From Lachnospiraceae bacterium (lineage in GTDB: Bacteria; Bacillota; Clostridia; Lachnospirales; Lachnospiraceae), in the NCBI GenBank assembly GCA_017399685.1, contig JAFQBM010000035.1, forward strand, positions 2,174-66,173: 64,000 nucleotides of DNA, read 5' to 3'. The notes under the pieces were generated by a model. It made no database searches. It was given only the letters and a program-made list of their open reading frames with translations, and was not told the origin of the DNA. Positions 57,459 through 64,000 of this stretch are shown in pieces. A program made the translations under genes and the position numbers. Every line of letters starts with the position of its first letter. The stretch's first letter is position 1.

Positions 57459-57480
57459 TGAATAAGAAGCAGGAGAGGTT

Positions 57481-57948
57481 ATGGAAGAGTTATTGGCATA
57501 TGCGTATTTACTTGGAATGGATTTGATTTCTGAAGAGATATATGAGGAAAAACTAAATGAATTATTTCTGCAAAATCCAACAGATGAAGATTTGTTGGAT
57601 TTAGAGTTTTTGAACAGAAACAGAAAAGAAACGATAATATATATTCAGACACATCTAAATTATAATTCTATGGATTTTGATAAATTTGGAAGAGTGTTGT
57701 TTGGATTATTAAAACCAATTTATGCGTCTATGGATATTCGGAGATTTGGGAACGCCATGTATTCGTTGTGGGAAAAATTACCGGGGAATTTGCAAGATAT
57801 GCAACCGTTTTTGATACTATGCTATGCGGACGATCCTTTGTCGTGGGGAGATGAGAAACAAAGTAGAGAGATATATGAAGAAATGTTAGAATACTATGAA
57901 GCTGATAGTCTTTATGAAATGGATAATAAAAGTTTAGCACCAAAATAG
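57481..57948 (+). CDS. hypothetical cytoplasmic protein
   Basis: 155 aa with AGGAGAGG upstream. Acidic and helical. Confidence 0.4.
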   Translation: MEELLAYAYLLGMDLISEEIYEEKLNELFLQNPTDEDLLDLEFLNRNRKETIIYIQTHLNYNSMDFDKFGRVLFGLLKPIYASMDIRRFGNAMYSLWEKLPGNLQDMQPFLILCYADDPLSWGDEKQSREIYEEMLEYYEADSLYEMDNKSLAPK

Positions 57949-58383
57949 AGAGAAACAGAAAAAACACTTACAATAGATGAAAAGAATATGCGTAAATCAC
58001 TTAACAGATGGTATTACACAACAAAGAAAAGAACATTGAAGAATTGCAACACTCTTGCAAAATTATTATAAGCCAATTTTAAAAAGGAAAGGCATTGTTG
58101 CAGAAGTGGAAGATAAACTTGCTGCTAAAGAAGAAAGTGACAATGATACCACTATCAAGGAAGAGGAAAACTTGTCAGAAGAAGATGCAGAAGATTAATT
58201 TTAACATTGAGGATTGCGAAAAGGTATTTGAAGAATTTTATAACAATGGGAAGTAAGGGAAAAGGGGAACTCTGGTCTTAGTGGCTGGAGTTCTTTAAAA
58301 TACAGAATTTCTTTTTAGCTAAAATTATTGATAAAATCGTACGATTAGAGTATAATAATAGTACGAAGAAAGGATGTGATTCT

Positions 58384-58599
58384 ATGTCAATTACTGCAAC
58401 TGAATTAAAAAACAATTTGGGTAAATATTTGATGTTATCCGCAACAGAAGATATATTTATTACAAAGAATGGAAAGATTATTGCGAAGCTGACCAATCCA
58501 TATCAGGACAGGGTGGAAACAGCAAAATCATTGTTTGGTATTTTACCAAAGGATGTTGATTTAGAAGAAGCAAAGGCAGAGAGGTTAGGTGCAAAATAG
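58384..58599 (+). CDS. Phd/YefM-type antitoxin
   Basis: MSITATELKNNLGKYL...ITKNGK is a typical Phd/YefM N-terminus. Its stop abuts the PIN gene start. Confidence 0.75.
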   Translation: MSITATELKNNLGKYLMLSATEDIFITKNGKIIAKLTNPYQDRVETAKSLFGILPKDVDLEEAKAERLGAK

Positions 58600-59019
58600 A
58601 TGAAGATTCTTGTAGATACAAATGTTGTCATTGATGCACTTACGGGAAGAGAACCATGGAATGTAAGTGTTGAAAAGATATTTCTTCTTGGAGCAAATCA
58701 TATCGTGGATATGTACATTACTGCAAGCTCTGCGACAGATATATACTATATCATCAGAAAGCATTTGCATGATACACAGGCTGCAAAACAGGTTATGGGG
58801 AAATTGTATTCCCTTATGGGAATATTGGAAGTGACTGGAACTGACTGTGTGGAAGCCATTGCGTCACCGATTACAGATTATGAGGATGCAGTGGTGGAAA
58901 AGGTAGCATCAAGAAAAGATATGGATTATATTGTAACCAGAAACGTTAAAGATTATCAAAATGGTAGTATGAAAGCTATTTTACCAGATGATTTTATTGT
59001 GGTGATGGAAGAAGAATAA
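58600..59019 (+). CDS. vapC: PIN-domain toxin (VapC-like)
   Basis: MKILVDTNVVIDAL N-terminus with conserved acidic residues. 139 aa. Confidence 0.8.
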   Translation: MKILVDTNVVIDALTGREPWNVSVEKIFLLGANHIVDMYITASSATDIYYIIRKHLHDTQAAKQVMGKLYSLMGILEVTGTDCVEAIASPITDYEDAVVEKVASRKDMDYIVTRNVKDYQNGSMKAILPDDFIVVMEEE

Positions 59020-59417
59020 ATAAACATATTGCTTCTAAGAAGAAAAAGAAGTTGCCATGAAAAATGAGGATGCAATTCTTTTTTAGAAAAGGAAAGACAA
59101 GAAATTTTAAAGCGAAGGGATGCAATGTTTGACCGAATAAAAGCCTTGCCGGTGGAAGTTTTTTTGATCTGGGTGGACAGACGATGGATATAGGTCGAAG
59201 ATTTAGCGGATCAAGCGAAAATGGAACAAACAATATGTTAGCATAGGCGCAGGAGTATCTTGAAAATAGTGGGATAGACTTCACAATGGACGATTATGAT
59301 AAAGAATGATACGAAAAGTTGGTTGATTTATTAACCGAAAGTGGATACCAAATCAACCATTTACATAACAAAGAAAACCAAACAGAATTATTACAATTCA
59401 AAGAGCTGGAAATAATA

Positions 59418-59486
59418 CCAGCAAGACCTATCTACATTCTAACGGTATGGGGTGTAGGGTATAAATTTAATGGAGAAATTCAATGA
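59418..59486 (+). pseudogene. Remnant of an OmpR-family response regulator C-terminus
   Basis: My own translation is ...PARPIYILTVWGVGYKFNGEIQ*. Only the last winged-helix strand is present, and a stop lies upstream at 59307. Confidence 0.35.
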
Positions 59487-59640
59487 GCAGATGTTGTATG
59501 TTGGTGCAATATCTGCTCATTTATTGTTCTGATAATGAATAGAACTGCAATTTTTGAATATAATATTGTAAAGCAAAAGTATGACAAATGCTTTACAAAC
59601 AATAATAGACATGGTAAAATTAAAGTAAAGAAAAGGAGGG

Positions 59641-59907
59641 ATGATTATGGCACAGGCAATGATTAACTTTCGTATGGATGAAGAGTTAAAGAAAAACATG
59701 GAAGAAACATGTAAAGATTTAGGATTAAGCATGACAACTGCATTTACCATATTCGCAAAAAAAATGACTAGAGAAAAAAGAATTCCGTTTGAAGTATCTG
59801 TAGATCCTTTTTATTCGGAAAGTAATATGACCTATTTGAAAAAGGTAGTAGAGGATATTGAATCGGGAAAAGCTGTTCTTGCTGAGCACGAACTGATTGA
59901 GGATTAA
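59641..59907 (+). CDS. RelB/DinJ-family antitoxin
   Basis: INFRMDEELKKNMEETCKDLGLSMTTAFTIFAKK is the RelB/DinJ RHH N-terminus. Confidence 0.8.
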   Translation: MIMAQAMINFRMDEELKKNMEETCKDLGLSMTTAFTIFAKKMTREKRIPFEVSVDPFYSESNMTYLKKVVEDIESGKAVLAEHELIED

Positions 59908-59910
59908 TAT

Positions 59911-60171
59911 ATGAAGATACTTTGGGATGAACGAGCTTGGGAAGAGTATCTTGAATGGCAGACACAGGATAAGAAAACTTTGAAAAGAATTAATATGCTT
60001 ATTAAGGATATACAAAGGGATTGTTACGAAGGTATTGGAAAACCAGAGCCACTAAAAAACAATTTGAGCGGTTGGTGGAGCAGACGGATTGATGAAGTCA
60101 ATAGAATAGTGTATAAAGAAAAAGATGGAGCGGTTATTATAGCGTCATGTAAAGGACATTATGAGGATTAA
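59911..60171 (+). CDS. yoeB: YoeB/Txe-family toxin
   Basis: ILWDERAWEEYLEWQTQDKK...GIGKPEPLK...WSRRI...NRIVY...GHY is canonical for YoeB. Confidence 0.85.
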   Translation: MKILWDERAWEEYLEWQTQDKKTLKRINMLIKDIQRDCYEGIGKPEPLKNNLSGWWSRRIDEVNRIVYKEKDGAVIIASCKGHYED

Positions 60172-60363
60172 ATATGTTTTGCAAGGGAGAAGTTCTACGG
60201 TTGATGGTAGGTGGAATTTTTCCCTTTATGCATTGTGCTTTAAGTTGGAAAGAATAATTGTGGAAAAACATCAGTTCTTACTGCACTTACAAAGTTTTCG
60301 GGTATAAAAAAGTAAAATTATTTTATGAGAATTGTGGGAGTTGTACCGAGTATACTTGACGAA

Positions 60364-60405
60364 TGTATCAGTTTGATATATATTTATATATATCAAACTG
60401 ATACA
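60364..60405. promoter_or_regulatory. Perfect 20-bp inverted repeat (putative PadR operator)
   Basis: TGTATCAGTTTGATATATAT-tt-ATATATATCAAACTGATACA ends 2 nt before the RBS GGAGG of the PadR gene. Confidence 0.6.
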
Positions 60406-60418
60406 TGGAGGAAAAGCA

Positions 60419-60961
60419 ATGGCAATAGAAAAGAAGATTGACTGTGTGATTTTGGGATTACTAAGCCATGAAGATTTGACAGGATATGAAATAAAAAAAC
60501 GAATGGATACTTTTTTAAAGTATTTTTGGGGAGCAAGTTATGGCAGTATATATCCAGCACTTAGCGACCTGGTAAAACGTGGATTAGCCGGTAAACGGGA
60601 TGGAGCAGAAAATAATCGAAGGAAAATAATATATTCTATTACAGAAGAGGGAAGAAGTTATTTAAAGGAATGGCTTCGGATTCCTGTGGAAAAAGATGAG
60701 TTGCGTTATGAAACACTGCTTAAATTATTTTTTGGTAATGAAGCCGGGGTGTTACAAGCCATATCTCACATAGATGCATTTGAGGAGAAGATTAAGAGCG
60801 AGTTGCCTTATCTTATAGGGGCAGCAGATACGCTTAAGAATCATATTGAAATGGATGATACACACAAATATTATCTGCTTACGGTAGAGTTTGGAATTAA
60901 AACATATCGTGCTTATTTGGAATGGTGTAAGGAAGCGAAAGCAATGTTAGAGAAGGAGTGA
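60419..60961 (+). CDS. PadR-family transcriptional regulator
   Basis: ILGLLSHEDLTGYEIKKRMD...GSIYPALSDLVKRGL matches the PadR winged helix. 180 aa. Confidence 0.85.
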   Translation: MAIEKKIDCVILGLLSHEDLTGYEIKKRMDTFLKYFWGASYGSIYPALSDLVKRGLAGKRDGAENNRRKIIYSITEEGRSYLKEWLRIPVEKDELRYETLLKLFFGNEAGVLQAISHIDAFEEKIKSELPYLIGAADTLKNHIEMDDTHKYYLLTVEFGIKTYRAYLEWCKEAKAMLEKE

Positions 60962-60967
60962 GAGAGT

Positions 60968-61444
60968 ATGCTTGGAACTTTGGGTTTTTCCTATATTGGG
61001 TTACTGTTTTTGATTATGTTAATGGTTCCTAATTTGATATGGACGAAGAATCAGCCCAAAGGTTATACTGCGGAAAATGAAAATAGAATTCTGGCTATTT
61101 TCGAGCGGGTAGGGGAAATGCTTACTACGTGCTGTGCTCTTGTGTTTTCAGATTTTAATTTACGAGAATGGTCCATGTGGTCGTTGTGGCTTGTGGCTGC
61201 GTTTATTTTGATGATAATGTATGAGGTATGGTGGGTGCGGTACTTTAAGAGTGGGCGAAGATTGGATGATTTTTACAGTGGATTTTTAGGAGTTCCGGTT
61301 GCCGGAGCAACATTACCGGTCATGGCTTTCTTTTTGCTTGGTATTTATGGAAAAGTAGTATGGATGCTGATTGTGTGTGTTATTTTGGGGATAGGGCATA
61401 TAGGGATTCATTGGCAACATCGTTGTGAGATGAATTCAAAGTGA
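60968..61444 (+). CDS. hypothetical membrane protein (PadR-linked)
   Basis: 158 aa with about 4 hydrophobic helices. It sits 6 nt after the padR stop. Confidence 0.5.
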   Translation: MLGTLGFSYIGLLFLIMLMVPNLIWTKNQPKGYTAENENRILAIFERVGEMLTTCCALVFSDFNLREWSMWSLWLVAAFILMIMYEVWWVRYFKSGRRLDDFYSGFLGVPVAGATLPVMAFFLLGIYGKVVWMLIVCVILGIGHIGIHWQHRCEMNSK

Positions 61445-61556
61445 GACTTTGATAAAGAAAAAATACTAAGTTCTTATGGAAAGTATACTTGACATAAGGA
61501 CTTTTTTTTGATATTCTCTTCATGGAAAGTGAACTTTACATGGAAGGGAGAATGCT

Positions 61557-61754
61557 GTGAAAAATCGACTTGAAGAATTGCGAAAAGAAAGAGGTGTTAA
61601 GCAGGAGGATTTAGCTGCAGCGATGGAAGTATCAAGACAAACGATAAGTTCTTTGGAAAATGGAAGATATAATCCATCCATTATACTTGCTTTCAAACTT
61701 GCTCGTTATTTCGATGTGAGCATAGAAGATATTTTTATTTATGAGGAGATGTAA
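61557..61754 (+). CDS. XRE-family HTH regulator (65 aa)
   Basis: LRKERGVKQEDLAAAMEVSRQTISSLENGRYNPS is a Cro/C1 HTH. GTG start. Confidence 0.8.
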   Translation: MKNRLEELRKERGVKQEDLAAAMEVSRQTISSLENGRYNPSIILAFKLARYFDVSIEDIFIYEEM

Positions 61755-61757
61755 GAA

Positions 61758-62189
61758 ATGAAAAGAAATCATATAGAATATGTGATAACAATTGTGGGAG
61801 CATTGTTGCTTGTGTCAGGTTTATGCCTGACAAAGATGACAGATGTTTCAGAGGGTATCATGGCTACATTGCCATATATTTGTATAGGGCTGGGGTGTGT
61901 TATCTTTGGTTATGGTGTGGGAGAAATTTGCACCAGGAAGGCTGAAAAAGCAGCCCCTGAATTAGCAAAACAAATTTCTATTGAGAACAATGATGAACGT
62001 AACGTTGCGATTAGTAACAAAGCAAAGGCAAAAGCTTATGATATGATGGTTTTTATTTTTGCTGCATTGCAAATTTCATTTGGATTAATGGGAATTGGTC
62101 TGTCTGCAATATTGATGTTAAATGTTGCATATTTGTTAGTGATAGGATGTGGAATATATTATCGTAAAAAATTTGATAAAGAGATGTAG
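61758..62189 (+). CDS. hypothetical membrane protein (XRE-linked)
   Basis: 143 aa with 4 hydrophobic helices. It starts 4 nt after the HTH gene. Confidence 0.5.
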   Translation: MKRNHIEYVITIVGALLLVSGLCLTKMTDVSEGIMATLPYICIGLGCVIFGYGVGEICTRKAEKAAPELAKQISIENNDERNVAISNKAKAKAYDMMVFIFAALQISFGLMGIGLSAILMLNVAYLLVIGCGIYYRKKFDKEM

Positions 62190-62267
62190 TAGCTGCATCA
62201 TAATGAATAATATTTATATCCCCCGGTTGAAATGGGGGTTGCTAACTTGAGGATTGGAATTTAAAGG

Positions 62268-62903
62268 ATGAAATACATGGTAAAATTTATAAGAAAAAAG
62301 CTTTTTGATGATAACATTGGGGTTAGAATAGTAACTTTGGTGTGTATATTTTGTTTCTTATTTTTAGGGGTAACAATAATTAGTTACTACTTATTACCGG
62401 AAGGTTTTTTACGAAACAAGAACAGCACAACTGATTTTGAAACTTCGAAAAATATTTTTGTTGGTGCGATGCAGATATTTCTTTATAATTCGATATCTGT
62501 TTTCGCCATTATTTTTGGTAGTTTGTTTGCGAAGAAAAAGGATGGGGTGTATGTGTCATATGGTTATAGTTGCTTTGTGGTAGGTATCGTTTTAGCTGCA
62601 ATTACGTTAGGTACCGGTTCTTTTACGGATGCCACTGTTAATGTGCCACTTTTAGAACGGTTAGTTTCTCTTTTTTATGTTACAAAATACGCAGGATTAG
62701 TGGAAATGATGGGGCAAGTATTGATAACCTGTTCATTGGCAGGTAAGGCTTTGGTTATGACAGAGGGCAAAGTAACGACTACTCGAAAAGTGAAAGATTT
62801 AAGATGTAAAAAAATAGAAGTGGCTGTTTTTGCGTGTGGATTGTTGCTGATGTTTTTGGGAGCTGTCATTGAAAGTAATACAATTGTAAATATGGGAGTG
62901 TGA
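62268..62903 (+). CDS. hypothetical polytopic membrane protein
   Basis: 211 aa with multiple TM helices. Any resemblance to SpoIIM-like proteins is weak. Confidence 0.4.
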   Translation: MKYMVKFIRKKLFDDNIGVRIVTLVCIFCFLFLGVTIISYYLLPEGFLRNKNSTTDFETSKNIFVGAMQIFLYNSISVFAIIFGSLFAKKKDGVYVSYGYSCFVVGIVLAAITLGTGSFTDATVNVPLLERLVSLFYVTKYAGLVEMMGQVLITCSLAGKALVMTEGKVTTTRKVKDLRCKKIEVAVFACGLLLMFLGAVIESNTIVNMGV

Positions 62904-63039
62904 TAACTGTCACAGAGAAAGCCGGAAGGTGCTTTCACATTAGGTAAAAATAACACAAGAAATGTAGTGACTTATAACAATTGTTCATAAAAAAATACGC
63001 CCCATGTAAAACGTTATACATGAGGTCGCATTTGTAATT

Positions 63040-63963
63040 TTATTCTTCTATATCCAAACTTTCTTCCTCTAACTCCTCTTCCATAGGTTCCATCAGAAAT
63101 TTGGTAGGGTTGAAACTAACTTCCGTCACTTCACATTCAAGTTTCACATTGTCGCAATATACTTCCAGTTCCAGCTCTTTTTCAGAGTCTGCCTGGATAC
63201 AGTAAACTAACTTATCTGCCGGTTCACCGCTACTAAATTCTACCAACAGACTTTCCTTAAAGAAACCGTTATATGCCACACTTACTCCGGAAGAACTTGC
63301 GGCTTCTGGAACATAAAGCAGGTAATAAGAGTGTTTCGTTCCATCTTTGTCAGTGTATGCATATTGTAGGGCATATGCTTTACCAGGCTCAGCCTCTAAG
63401 GACTCAATCCAGTTTTTAACTTCCGGGTTATCTTGTACTTCATACAGTTCTTCCAGTGACATTTCACCCATTGTAGAAGAAGCTCCATCTTGTAACATTG
63501 TAGTGCATAGAAAAATTAATGTTATTATGAGCAAAAGCGGAATTATAATCACAACAGCTAATATTTTCCCTAAGGAAGTATCTTTGGGATAGTACGGTGC
63601 TGTAATGTCTTCATACTGCTCAGGGAGCGGTTCGGTGCATTTTGGACAATGGTTCCAGTCTGTTTCTACCGGTGTTGCACAGTTAGGGCAGGAGGGCTTA
63701 AGTTTTACTCCGCACTTCGGACAGATGACATATTGCTCTGTAATAGAAGTATTACATTTCGGGCATTTCAGATTCGAATAACTGCCTCGAATAAGCAGGT
63801 ATATGATGAAGCCAATCAGTGATGGGGCAAGAACTGCATCCAAAGTCCACAGTGTAGCATTCATGTTTCGTTTCTTGGCATCACGATGAACGTAAACGCC
63901 AACGATAACAGGGATGATAAGGGTAATAAATAAAATAGGAAAAACAACAATACTAGCAGTCAT
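63040..63963 (-). CDS. membrane protein with double zinc-ribbon
   Basis: The ATG at 63963 has GGAGG upstream. The N-terminal TM pair carries HRDAKKR (PLD_N-like), followed by CPKC...CPKC...CPNC...CPKC zinc ribbons. Confidence 0.6.
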   Translation of the reverse strand: MTASIVVFPILFITLIIPVIVGVYVHRDAKKRNMNATLWTLDAVLAPSLIGFIIYLLIRGSYSNLKCPKCNTSITEQYVICPKCGVKLKPSCPNCATPVETDWNHCPKCTEPLPEQYEDITAPYYPKDTSLGKILAVVIIIPLLLIITLIFLCTTMLQDGASSTMGEMSLEELYEVQDNPEVKNWIESLEAEPGKAYALQYAYTDKDGTKHSYYLLYVPEAASSSGVSVAYNGFFKESLLVEFSSGEPADKLVYCIQADSEKELELEVYCDNVKLECEVTEVSFNPTKFLMEPMEEELEEESLDIEE

Positions 63964-64000
63964 ATTGATAACCTCCTTTAACATATACAATCGTGAAGCA

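Noticed and set aside
57950-58380. Possible short gene ending ...IVAEVEDKLAAKEESDNDTTIKEEENLSEEDAED-stop (about 58094-58198).
   Set aside because: The frame is open only from just after a TGA at about 58041-58043, has no start codon or RBS, and covers fewer than 55 codons. It is most likely a C-terminal fragment of a destroyed gene, so I did not call it as a feature.

Overview
The window looks like a low-GC Firmicutes (Clostridia-like, spore-forming) chromosome, based on gpr, spoIIP, comEA/comEC and GerM-type genes. Almost everything is on the + strand.

(1) 1-39.1 kb is mostly housekeeping. It holds an ABC exporter tail plus an HlyD partner, asd, glgB, rex, acpS, nnr and a mazF-type toxin with no antitoxin gene. 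It also holds a YebC-family regulator, hisC, an MscS channel, argH, argG (minus strand) and argB/argD with ArgR-like boxes. Further along are comEA, a two-component system, comEC, a hybrid histidine kinase plus an HD-GYP/receiver protein, holA, rpsT, gpr, spoIIP and guaA.

(2) About 39.15-53.8 kb is an integrase-bearing island inserted immediately downstream of guaA and bracketed by imperfect direct repeats. Its backbone is an XRE repressor, an excisionase-type HTH, a tyrosine integrase, an RHH protein, a RepA-like ATPase, and DUF5348-like and TnpV-like genes. After a terminator comes a visibly more AT-rich cargo of stacked defence genes:
- an HTH / Vsr / C5-cytosine methyltransferase / HpaII-like endonuclease cassette;
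- a Hachiman-like pair (DUF1837-like protein plus SF2 helicase) with atypical features;
- a stand-alone 741-aa ABC/Rad50-like ATPase with a degenerate Walker A and a PrrC/RloC-like C-terminal motif. This is the most interesting candidate.

(3) 53.8-60.3 kb is a second, decayed accessory patch. It contains a Schlafen/AlbA_2-type protein, a 5'-truncated IS200-type tnpA, three small orphan proteins, two toxin-antitoxin pairs and gene debris.

(4) 60.4-64 kb carries small regulators (PadR, XRE) paired with membrane proteins.

I found no rRNA, tRNA or CRISPR array. All protein family calls come from motif recognition by eye, not from database searches.
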